In this document: positions 1 to 9,209 of the stretch, piece after piece
Layout of the letters: every line of letters begins with the position of its first letter
How positions within the stretch are numbered: the stretch's first letter is position 1
NCBI GenBank assembly: GCA_026936335.1
Contig: JAPMXV010000025.1
Span: 124,001-188,000 of the forward strand
Source of the DNA: Mantamonas sphyraenae STR306
Taxonomy: Eukaryota; Protista; CRuMs
DNA length: 64,000 bases
Direction of reading: 5' to 3'
Translations under genes and position numbers: made by a program
Notes under the pieces: generated by a model
What the model saw: only the letters and a program-made list of their open reading frames with translations
The model's database searches: none
What the model was told of the DNA's origin: nothing

Positions 1-2
1 CT

Positions 3-443
3 CTGCACGTCAACTTGTTCCAGGTGGAGGTTCCTGCGCCATCCAACTCCTACTACAAGATTTTTCGGTTGCACATCCAGGGATACCATTTTGGCACCAC
101 TCAGACAATCGACATCATCGCCGCAAGGCAGAACATCGCTGCAGGACGGCCTGTGATCAGGAACAACGGAGACCTTGCGTCTCCAACGTGGGGATTTGAC
201 ACTGACAATCACTACTACCTTCAATGGACCAATGTGCCAAGCTGCATGGCATTTGGAATCTCCGTCAGCATGTCCTTCCCAATCCCAGAGTACGGCGTCA
301 CACAGCAGTTTCGCCCAAAGGCGGTATTGTTCTTCAACCATGGTGGCCAGACCTACGCATCCCCTGTACCTTCCAGGACGCAACCCCTTGGACCTGGAAA
401 TCAGCTCCCCACCGACCTGTACCCGTTCACCCGAGTCAATTGA
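3..443 (+). CDS. 3' end of a gene (open at the window edge); C-terminal domain homologous to that of the secreted protein at 6400-7993
   Basis: The frame is open from position 3 (LHVNLFQVEV...) to TGA at 441-443. FQVEV..YKIFRLHIQGY..TIDII..RPVIRN..C..FGISVS aligns by eye with YQIWT..VIFTIKVEGY..SISLL..NPSVKN..CQLGIRLE in the 6400-6899 exon. Confidence 0.7.
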   Translation: MHVNLFQVEVPAPSNSYYKIFRLHIQGYHFGTTQTIDIIAARQNIAAGRPVIRNNGDLASPTWGFDTDNHYYLQWTNVPSCMAFGISVSMSFPIPEYGVTQQFRPKAVLFFNHGGQTYASPVPSRTQPLGPGNQLPTDLYPFTRVN

Positions 444-604
444 CTCGTCGGGAGTGCACGTTCGTCTCGTCTCTCCAACGTGGCATGGAAAACACCTTCT
501 ACATCCATGTCGACGGACGCAAACACATATTGCGCAAGAAGGATCAACATTGGTACCTGGCAACCTCAGTTTTCGGTGAACGCTCCCTCCGTTCACTATC
601 TTCA

Positions 605-3600
605 TCACGCGCCAGCAATGTACCCGACCTGTCCACCCGCATCGCCAGCCCCGCCTCCCAGGTTGTTCATCTCCACCGTGCCGCCTTGGCGGTAGCTATT
701 GGAGTGGTCACGTGCCCCTTGCTTCACGCTCTTGTCCAGCGACGCCTCGTTCCAGGCAGCAATCTTGGACTTTGCCTTTTCGCGGGTCAGCACCATGACC
801 AGGCCAATGATGACCACAAAGAAGCCACCATTGAGCACAAAGATCACCGCGGTTGTGAACGTCGTCGACGTCTCGTCCGCATCCGCGCCCACAAGCAGCA
901 TCCCCGTTTGCAGGGTGCCCAGAACCACCATAAGGCTGGCAGTGGACAGGTACGTGAGCACCTGCACTCGGTATGGCTTCAGCCACTGCTCAACCACCAG
1001 CGACACCAGGATGATAAGCGAACCGACGTACAGCTGCACCAGGGGCTGATCGACAAAGGCCACCGTGCAGAACACCAGTGCGCTCTTGCGTGCAAGGATG
1101 ACAAAGTCGTACAGATAGCTGCTGGTGCGGTACGAGTCGTAGAAAAAGTGGTAGCCGTCCCACTTGTCTTGATCGTACAGGCGGCACTCGTCCCCGGTGA
1201 CCATGCGCTGGTTGCGAAGGATGCGCAGACGCACCAACACCATCAGAGGAAAGACCACAAGCTCCAGCACAGCCAGGACACCGATCCAGATTTGTTGGCT
1301 TTGGAAATCGGCGCTTTCGCAGTCCAGGCGCGTGTCCCAACGCACCACGTACGAGCTGCCAAAGTACGTACATCCCATAAGCAGCTGTGTGGTCATGCGC
1401 AACACCTGCAAATGCACAATAAAGACCATGATGCGGGCGATGGGCAACGAGCGCTTGCGGAACTGATCGACGATGTCCAGACTGCTCCAGCCCTCGCGCA
1501 CGCCCACGATCAGCAAACGCACAACAAACGCCACCATGAGCGTGGCAAATGGAAGGATCAGGTACGAAGCAAACTTGGAGACGAGAAGTGGGCGATCAAA
1601 CACGCAGTCCATCGGGGACGAGTTCCACACGCTCAGGTTGCTGGCATCTGCCACCTGATAAAACCCATCAATGGAGCTCGACCAGTCGACGTTGACCACA
1701 GCAAACACACTGAGTGCCTGTGTGTGATTGAGCGCAATCTTCACCACCAGCATCGGCGGCGTCTCCAGCAACCGCTGCCGGCCCTTACCTGTGCTCACCT
1801 CCGAGCTGGACATGTACACTTGCATGAACCAAATCAGCAGCACGAGCCAGATGAAGATGCCCACCACCAGCAAAGCAATGTCCACACCCACCTCGCCGCA
1901 ATTGTCGCACAATCCGCTCGATGACCGTCCATACCCGGGCTCACACTGGCTACACAGAACCGCTGTGTACCCCGTGTTACACGCGCCTCCCTCGCTGCAT
2001 GCGTTGACAGTTGCAGGGCACGGATACGCCTTGGTCGGGTCGATGTCGCTCGGAAAGTATCCGGCCTCTGTGCGCAGCGCAGTGCCGTCGCACACAAAGT
2101 GCTCCGGACACTTGCGGCATTCTCTGCGTTGCCACAGGTACTCTCTGTTTGCGCAGCGGCAGTCGATGGCTTCAAGTGCACCGCGTTCGTTGCGTGTCGT
2201 CCCAAACGGGCAAGCAGAGCACGTCAAGTTGTTTCCCTGGACCTGCTTGTACGTGTTCACCGGACACAGCACGCAGCGCACGTTCTCCCGATCAAAGAAG
2301 AAACCTGCATCGCATCCGCACCCACTCGTCAGCGCCAGATCACTGCCTCCAGACTGGGGACTGCTCGACGTGATTGCAGCCGCGCAGGGCAACGTTTCCA
2401 GCATTGCGTGATCGCACAGGCGTCGAGTCAGGGAAAAAACCAAACACAAGCGCATATCAGCAACCGATTCGTATCTCACCAAGCTGTTCTTTCCAATGAC
2501 GAACGAGGTGACTCCGTTGCTGCGCGTCGCAATCTCAACCGATTGCGCCGAGCGCGTCCCGTTCACGAGCAGCTCGGTGGGCACATTCGTTTGCGCAAGG
2601 ATCACCCTATTTTCACATGGGTCCTTCAGTTCAAAGTCGATGGCGGGCACGCCGTTCTGAAGACTCACGAGGCCCGACCAGATTCGCTGGTCCAACAGCA
2701 GCAGGCTGGCCTCTCCCGGTAACACCTGCACAAACACAGGCATCGAGGAGAGCAAACCACCCACGGAAATGTCCATGCGCACATTGGTTCCCTTTGGTGG
2801 GCGTTGCAACAGCGCCTGGTAGACCTCCTCGTTGGCGCTCAGCACAAGTGACTCGCTGCCCGGGACAAACACATAGGGCGACTGGACTTGCGCAGACACA
2901 ACAGGAGGCTGAAGCATGAGCGAAATGTTGCCTCTACCTCCTGTGGCATCGTTGAGCTGGATGGAAAAGAGCACAGGCGCCGCGGCTGCACACGTCGTGT
3001 TGGCAGTCGTCAATGACACCGATGCGGACACAGGCACACCAGGAGACACTTCAACAGTAAAATCTGTGTGAGTGACGCCCATTGTACTGGTGAATATGCG
3101 GAAGCAGTGCACACCTGGCTGGAGGGAAGTGACGGTGAGGTTGAACACCATGAGCGGTGCGTACGCAAGGCTGCTTAGAGGCGAGGCACCCGTGCTGCAA
3201 TTGCCCACGGAAACCAGCAAGCCGCCATCAATCCCTGCAGGCGACAATTCACCACTCGCATCCCTGCCCTCGACCTCAATGGGGTCTAGCCTGAGAAGTG
3301 CTTGGCTTGGGTACACAAATCGCCCACGTGATCGAATGTGCAAGGAGCGCACACGTCCTGCTGTGATCTCCAATGGCACAGATACGTTCAACAGTGGCTG
3401 GTTGGATGCATCCCGAAAGGTCACCGAGTAGTTTCCACGGGCAGGTGGGTTGGCCAACGAAACGTTCAGCCGATATCCCTGTGGGGTCACAACGGCCTGA
3501 AATGGTGCTGCAGACGTGACCAAGAACCCGTTGGCAGTAGATCGAATGACCACCTGAATCGTGGTGATGCTGCGCGAAGTGGGCCACTCGGCCGGGTTGC

Positions 3601-6400
3601 CGATTCGATCTCTCAAACCAAGCTCCACTGGAGGAAGAAGCATGGGCGAGTCACTGGGCACCCCGGCTTCCCACGATGCAGGAATAGTCGCATGAAGCGC
3701 AAAGGGCGCACCGGAAAGCACGGTAAAGTACGTCGTCGCTGCTGCCAATGCAGCTGACGCGTTGACGCGAATCGCGTACGTCCCTGCAGCCGGTGAGGAG
3801 AGGGAGCCACCCTGGAGCACCATGCTGGCTCCAGTGAGCGTCGTAGTAAGCACCGTGGTCCCGTTGACTGACATGACAATGGGGATGCTCGGGCCAGAGT
3901 AGTTTTGAACCACATTGCCGGCTTGGTCGCGCATCCTCAGCATGACGGCGGGCACCGCCATCAACGGCTCTGCATTCACAGAGGCATCCTGGACCTGCGC
4001 CTCAAGGGCCGTGGGAGTTCCAGGCTGGACCAGGAACCACAACGTCGATGTGGTTTCCACAATGGCCTTCATGGTGACCACCACGCTGTAGTTGCCAACC
4101 TTGAGTGGTGCCGCGAGAGGCAATGGGTTGGAGGCGGCCGCTCCGGTGGGGCCTGCGACGAATTCAACTTGCGACGCGCCATCCTGTGCGATTCTTGCCG
4201 TGAATGTTGTGCCAGCCGTGGCAACGATCTCACCGTACACGTTGAGGCTTTGAACACACACCTGTGGTCCCCACAGCGAACTGATGACGTTTGTGCCATT
4301 GCATAGATGTGCAGACATGTACATAGGCCGGGTCAGGAAAACGCCGCGAATCTGCACTTCGAGCAACCACGGCAAACCACCTCCCTGGTCAACCTGACCC
4401 ACCGAGGCTTCAGGAGGCACAGCAATGGACAGCGTGCGTGTATGCTGCTTCGCCGCATTCTGCACCAGTTGTACGCACAAGCCAACTGTGCCGTCGTCTC
4501 CCTGAATCGACACGCATTCTCGGCGTCCCTCGACCAGACTCGTCGTGGTGTCATTGGACAGCGTCATTTTCAGTGTGCTCGGCTGATGTGTGCACGGAGC
4601 CTGCCACGAGGTGATGACCTCTTGCACAAAGGCGTCCTCGGGGAGCGTCACGTTGACGTGCTGTCCCGAGGCGGTGGCATTCAGTTTCACGCCGCAGTAT
4701 CGCCCCTGGTTGGCGGTGGTGTACGAACAGCAAAAGTCTTGATCAGTGATCTCGCTTTGGCTGCCAACGACGCTCCATGTCGAGTGCTTGATTGTCACGT
4801 TGCTTTGAGCCAAGTTGGGCAGGTACGTGGCAACGAGCTGTTCTTCTCGCAGCCTCTTGCTGAGAAGGGGTTCGCTGTTGACGCGGCAGTCGCTGGACAC
4901 CGAGTTGATCAGCGTAAAGGCCAAACTGCCGTGAAATTGCTGCCCGTTCAGCGCCACCGCGAGCGTGGACGCACCCACAAGCGTGGTCACAGGACTCGTA
5001 CAGTTCAACTGGGTTCCGGACATCCAAAACCCTGGCGTGTACAGAAGCGTTGATGAAGAAACGTGCGTAAACCTGCACCGAATGTTTCCCGGCACGAAAC
5101 CGGAGCCGGTGATGGTCACCGGGAGTGACTGCTCTCCAGGGGCGAGTGTGGGGGATACAGAAGCAAGAGACGGTGGGTCGTACACAGAGAACTGGTCGGA
5201 GGATGACTCTGAGCCCTGAGCAAACACCAAAGCATGCGTTCCAGCGGTCAGCATCGGCGGGGTGGTGCACACCACCATCTCTGAGGAGGGCGATCCCTCA
5301 GGCGATGCAGATTTTCCTTGGAGGAGGCATGTGCCGAGTAGGTAGTCCAGACCAGTGCCGACGAGGGTGACCCTTGTTCCGCCTGTGGTTGGTCCCAGGG
5401 CCGGGAGCACACTGTGCACAACAGGGGATTCAACGCCCGAGGTAGCAATCGGGGCCACAGAAAGTGATGAAGAGGCCACCTCGATGGTTGTGTTTGATCC
5501 TTGCAGGTTCACGAGGGCCACGTGGGGTGCAACACTGGACGCATCGGGCTTGAGCACAATGGCGAGCAGTTGGTGCATCGAATGCGACCCTGAGAAAATA
5601 GAGAAGGAGTAGTTCTGTGGCAGACATCCGGGTGACAGCGACGAAGTGTGGTTCCACAAGCAGAAGCGTCGTTGAGGAGCATCCCGAAACCAGAGCAGCA
5701 ACGAGACTGTATCTGTGGTCATCGCCACAAAGGAGGATGGCGTGATGCCCATGGAACGAGTGTCCGTTCCACCGTCAATGTTCACCGACACAATGCGATC
5801 GTCGGCAACAAAGTGAAAGGTGTTTTGGGCGACCTCGCAGGCGCCAATGACGACTTTGGACACGTTTGCCCAGGCCGCAAGCATCGTGGTCGTGTTGCGC
5901 GTCAGCAGGGACAGCACGAACGTCCTGTTTGAAGTTAGATACAGAACAGCAGTCGTGTTTGAATTCCACGGCCGTGCACACAAAGGCGTGCCGTTGAGCG
6001 CAACCTGCCACGAAGTTGAGAGGGTACGTGATTTGCACGTCAGCGTGTTGTTCGCTGTGACCACGATACAATCCTGCGTTGCAAACGATGTGCCCAGGTC
6101 CACGTAGGGTGTGTCGATCGGACGCGTGTTGCCTGTGTACGCAGTTGCGTTCATCAAGGTTGCCCCAAAAGAACCGGTGGAAAAAGGGCGTGGGTGGATT
6201 CCAAGGAACGCCGCTCCCGAGCACATGCTTAACGACAGCAGGACCACAACACAAAAAACACACTGTGTGTGCAATGGAAATCGTATTTGAAGAGAAATGA
6301 TTGCGTGTCGAGGAAAAATGAATTGTGGCCGGTGGCGAGCAAGGTGGAAGCAAGGGTTCGAGTCAACAGTGTGGAGAACATTCATACTTACTTGTCTCAT
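605..6400 (-). CDS. Large cell-surface multi-pass protein: signal peptide, IPT/TIG and Ig-like domains, GCC2/GCC3-like Cys-rich repeats, ~9-TM TRP/Flc-Pkd2-like membrane domain; exons 6392-6400 and 605-6262
   Basis: 1931-codon ORF with IPT motifs (PVVHSVLPALGPTTGGTRVTLVG; PSLASVSPTLAPG), CxxCPxNTYK/CxxCPxG repeats and hydrophobic helices carrying the Y..F.IL.RK and L.PY motifs. Removing intron 6263-6391 gives a clean signal peptide, MRQCVFCVVVLLSLSMCSGA. Confidence 0.88.
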   Translation of the reverse strand: MRQVSMNVLHTVDSNPCFHLARHRPQFIFPRHAIISLQIRFPLHTQCVFCVVVLLSLSMCSGAAFLGIHPRPFSTGSFGATLMNATAYTGNTRPIDTPYVDLGTSFATQDCIVVTANNTLTCKSRTLSTSWQVALNGTPLCARPWNSNTTAVLYLTSNRTFVLSLLTRNTTTMLAAWANVSKVVIGACEVAQNTFHFVADDRIVSVNIDGGTDTRSMGITPSSFVAMTTDTVSLLLWFRDAPQRRFCLWNHTSSLSPGCLPQNYSFSIFSGSHSMHQLLAIVLKPDASSVAPHVALVNLQGSNTTIEVASSSLSVAPIATSGVESPVVHSVLPALGPTTGGTRVTLVGTGLDYLLGTCLLQGKSASPEGSPSSEMVVCTTPPMLTAGTHALVFAQGSESSSDQFSVYDPPSLASVSPTLAPGEQSLPVTITGSGFVPGNIRCRFTHVSSSTLLYTPGFWMSGTQLNCTSPVTTLVGASTLAVALNGQQFHGSLAFTLINSVSSDCRVNSEPLLSKRLREEQLVATYLPNLAQSNVTIKHSTWSVVGSQSEITDQDFCCSYTTANQGRYCGVKLNATASGQHVNVTLPEDAFVQEVITSWQAPCTHQPSTLKMTLSNDTTTSLVEGRRECVSIQGDDGTVGLCVQLVQNAAKQHTRTLSIAVPPEASVGQVDQGGGLPWLLEVQIRGVFLTRPMYMSAHLCNGTNVISSLWGPQVCVQSLNVYGEIVATAGTTFTARIAQDGASQVEFVAGPTGAAASNPLPLAAPLKVGNYSVVVTMKAIVETTSTLWFLVQPGTPTALEAQVQDASVNAEPLMAVPAVMLRMRDQAGNVVQNYSGPSIPIVMSVNGTTVLTTTLTGASMVLQGGSLSSPAAGTYAIRVNASAALAAATTYFTVLSGAPFALHATIPASWEAGVPSDSPMLLPPVELGLRDRIGNPAEWPTSRSITTIQVVIRSTANGFLVTSAAPFQAVVTPQGYRLNVSLANPPARGNYSVTFRDASNQPLLNVSVPLEITAGRVRSLHIRSRGRFVYPSQALLRLDPIEVEGRDASGELSPAGIDGGLLVSVGNCSTGASPLSSLAYAPLMVFNLTVTSLQPGVHCFRIFTSTMGVTHTDFTVEVSPGVPVSASVSLTTANTTCAAAAPVLFSIQLNDATGGRGNISLMLQPPVVSAQVQSPYVFVPGSESLVLSANEEVYQALLQRPPKGTNVRMDISVGGLLSSMPVFVQVLPGEASLLLLDQRIWSGLVSLQNGVPAIDFELKDPCENRVILAQTNVPTELLVNGTRSAQSVEIATRSNGVTSFVIGKNSLVRYESVADMRLCLVFSLTRRLCDHAMLETLPCAAAITSSSPQSGGSDLALTSGCGCDAGFFFDRENVRCVLCPVNTYKQVQGNNLTCSACPFGTTRNERGALEAIDCRCANREYLWQRRECRKCPEHFVCDGTALRTEAGYFPSDIDPTKAYPCPATVNACSEGGACNTGYTAVLCSQCEPGYGRSSSGLCDNCGEVGVDIALLVVGIFIWLVLLIWFMQVYMSSSEVSTGKGRQRLLETPPMLVVKIALNHTQALSVFAVVNVDWSSSIDGFYQVADASNLSVWNSSPMDCVFDRPLLVSKFASYLILPFATLMVAFVVRLLIVGVREGWSSLDIVDQFRKRSLPIARIMVFIVHLQVLRMTTQLLMGCTYFGSSYVVRWDTRLDCESADFQSQQIWIGVLAVLELVVFPLMVLVRLRILRNQRMVTGDECRLYDQDKWDGYHFFYDSYRTSSYLYDFVILARKSALVFCTVAFVDQPLVQLYVGSLIILVSLVVEQWLKPYRVQVLTYLSTASLMVVLGTLQTGMLLVGADADETSTTFTTAVIFVLNGGFFVVIIGLVMVLTREKAKSKIAAWNEASLDKSVKQGARDHSNSYRQGGTVEMNNLGGGAGDAGGQVGYIAGA
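6263..6391 (-). other. Predicted spliceosomal intron, 129 nt, phase 0, frame-preserving
   Basis: Donor CAA|GTAAGT, pyrimidine-rich body, acceptor CACACAG|TGT. Splicing joins MRQ to a hydrophobic signal core. Confidence 0.75.
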
Positions 6401-7993
6401 TAAGCAGCGTCATCTGAGATAATTCCTCCGCCTTGGTCACACCACCTGTACTGCCAGCACAAGATTGCGCTAAACGGTCGGGTCCGCGGCAGACCTGCCC
6501 AGGTGTAGTGGAATGTCGCCTCCAAGCGGATTCCAAGTTGGCATAGGGCGGAAAAGTTGAGCAGAACCAGTTTCTCCGGTGTGTTGCTGTACACAATGCC
6601 CAGACCCGTGACCGACGACCCCGGCACAAGGTTCTTGACGGACGGGTTCGCAGGGGTTGCCGAATTGGGATTCGTCCATGCAGAGTAGAGAAGCGATATA
6701 GACTCACTTGCGGTGACGATGTACCCTTCAACTTTGATTGTGAAGATGACGTTGTCGAGATGTTGCAAGCTCGTCCAGATCTGGTACGTGCACGTGCTAG
6801 CCGCATTCCAACGGGTATCGGAGGTGATGGAGAAGATCCCAGCGTTTGGGATGTGCATGCGGGGCTTGGTAATCGATGGTGGATCCCAAATGTACCGAGC
6901 TGCGGGGGGGGGGGGGGGGGTGGGGGTGGGTGAGAGAGTGAGTACGTACGCTTCCTGCGACCTACTGCATGACTATCGTACCTTGTTGTCGCATCTCGTG
7001 GTTCATATCAGATACACTGGGTGCCCAAAGTGGTTGTTGGTCCTCTATACGGCTGACATACGGAATGGCGAGGTAAATGTCAAACACGCCTGCTGCGTCA
7101 CCTTCCACCGCAAACTGCAGGGTTAAGCAGTCATGTTGGTCCTTGGGGCGTTCCCCTTGTGTCAAATGCTCGTTTGAAATGATTGTGTCGACGTAGCACC
7201 AGTCATCTGGGCATGGCGTCGAATTCGTGGCGGGCAGCCCGCTCAGTGGTCCCAGGCGCATGCCTCCACGTCCACGAACCTCTTTCACATAGTACGACAC
7301 TTTAAATCGCTTGTCCACCTCAATGGTGACTCCCGAAATCTGAACCCACTGTGTGGCGTTCTCCTTCAGTGCTTGTGCAGCCGCTGTGTACGACCCCGAA
7401 ATCTTGAGCAGATGGCCATACCGAGGAGGGTCGCCGTCCCTCAGTCCCCGTTGATTCATCCTAGGGCCTTTGTTGTATGCTCCAAACCACACGGGGCTGC
7501 TCTCTGTCGCCAGGTTGCACTGTGCACGTGGAATGGACCCTGCGGGGGAAGTGGCAGCCCATGGTCCCTCGAAACAGTGGGTGTATGGGTGCACAGGCGT
7601 AATAGAAATGGTACCAGGATTCAACGATGCTGTTCCTGGTGAACGGTAGTCACACTGAAAGTCTGTAGCTCCGGTCGATGGGCTGCGGTGAAACCACCCA
7701 GTGGAAAACCCCTCGGGCGTGGACTTTCTGGGATGGATGTCGCTCATGAGTGTATTGTGCAGGAGGTTGGGCGGCAGTGCGCCCACAGCCGCCTGCTCCT
7801 GGACCTGACGTCCTTGTGGCGCTTGTGGGAAGCGGAGAGTGCCCACGGATGCCTCCTGCGCAGACATCACGCCGTCATGGTGGATTGCTCCCTCTGCATC
7901 CATGTACACGCTCTGTGCACAGGCAATGCACACAGTCAACGCCATGGCTACGTACCACAGGCCCATGGAACACGGCACCGACATCGACGACAT
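6400..7993 (-). CDS. Secreted protein of unknown function (signal peptide, Cys-containing possibly carbohydrate-binding domain, C-terminal IF.I.VEGY domain); exons 6982-7993 and 6400-6899
   Basis: MSSMSVPCSMGLWYVAMALTVCIACAQS is signal-like. A phase-1 intron at 6900-6981 (CAAG|GTACGA ... C-run CGCAG|CT) joins ORF 6962-8470 in frame to ORF 6400-6858 (QQ-A-RYIWDPP..MHIP). The start could alternatively be at 7966. Confidence 0.75.
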
Positions 7994-9209
7994 GGTGTGC
8001 CGTTTTCGTCTCGTCTTGTGTTGGGCCACCCCCCTCACGCCCTTCAGGGGAACACCCCTCCAAAGAGAGAATGCGTGGTGGGTGTAGTTTGTTGCCATCA
8101 TAGAGCACTGTGCCCATGATTCCCGGTTCCTGTGGTTGCAGCGCCCCTGATTGGCCTGCAAGCTCTGTGGCGCGGGTTGCCCCTTCGGCCGGCCGACCCA
8201 TAGGCAGAGGGAATCACACATCGCCCATTGGTACGCGTGTGTGCACAGTTGAGACGTCAGTGTTTGCCTGTGCGCGATGAAGAAAGTCTCAGGAAAGCCG
8301 TGGCGATTCCAAAGTGCGCGGGAGGACCTTCCTGCGAGTCCTGCTCGCACCTGCACCCTGCGAGACCCCTGTGCACACACCGTGGAATCCATGGGGCACT
8401 GTGCGGAGTATGCCGGTTGCGCATGTGTGTTGAACAATGCGAACAAATGCTGCGATGGACAACACAACACGTGTCACGACGTGCGCGTGGAGAGGCAAAA
8501 AGGTGTTGTTTTTTCGCCCGTCGCCAGAGGCTCGTTTCCAAGCTCGCAGAGACATCAGCAGGGACGACACACGCAAGAGATCAACACAAGAAACAAAGGA
8601 GTGGAGTAAAACGTGAGTGAGAGGCCAGATGTGCGTGATCCAAGTCGACAGTGGATGTCTCTGACTCAATAGCCGGGCGCGCAGGAATACGGCGAGACAA
8701 CTTTTTGGACGTGCAACGATGGAAAGACTCGCAAACCGACACAGGGGATGCATCGAAGCAGGTGAGTGGACATGTGCGGTGGGAGGAGGGTGCGATCCAA
8801 TGGGTGAAAAGAGAGATGAAATCGGGTCGTGGTGTGCGGGGCACTGTGGTGTGGTACGGCCGGGATTGTGGCCAGAGTGCGGGCGGTTGCTGGATGCAAG
8901 CGAAGGCCCGATCAGCTGCCTTTCGGGAACCTGGGAACGCCTTGCGTGGGGAAAGCGTTCATCCAACGATGGAAACAATGGGAAGGAATCTCAGCACGGG
9001 CAGTTCTGCTGTTTCTGGATGGGAGGAGGAGGGTTGTTGCTGACACGGGGCTGATTCGCAGGGTGGGTGGCAGGCTACAGAGGCAGTGTAGGCAAGGGTG
9101 GGACAAACGGGCAGACGCACACGGGTCGGATGAGGATGGTTGTCATTGTCGTGCTCATGCTCGTGGCGTGCCAAGTGCCCGGGGCCGACGGGGCCTGGAC
9201 ATGGCAAGA
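6676..9209. repeat. Outer inverted repeat, left arm (~2.5 kb)
   Basis: Reverse complement of 22618-25146; the ORF track is mirrored (9067/22760, 8470/23357). I saw only a few substitutions, a 1-nt indel and a difference in G/C-run length. Confidence 0.97.
7994..9129. promoter_or_regulatory. Probable bidirectional promoter and 5'UTRs between head-to-head genes
   Basis: Lies between the starts at 7993 (-) and 9130 (+) and is duplicated at 22698-23833. The call is positional; I identified no motif. Confidence 0.5.

Noticed and set aside
224-1924. Long antisense or alternate-frame ORFs (also 29460-30914, 32113-33867, 53368-54909, 55033-56658 and many short ones)
   Set aside because: Shadows of GC-rich coding sequence or low-complexity DNA, with no recognisable motifs.
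7994-9129. N-terminal ORF extensions to 8470 (-) and 9067 (+)
   Set aside because: They begin at non-ATG codons and lack coding features; downstream ATGs give proper signal peptides.
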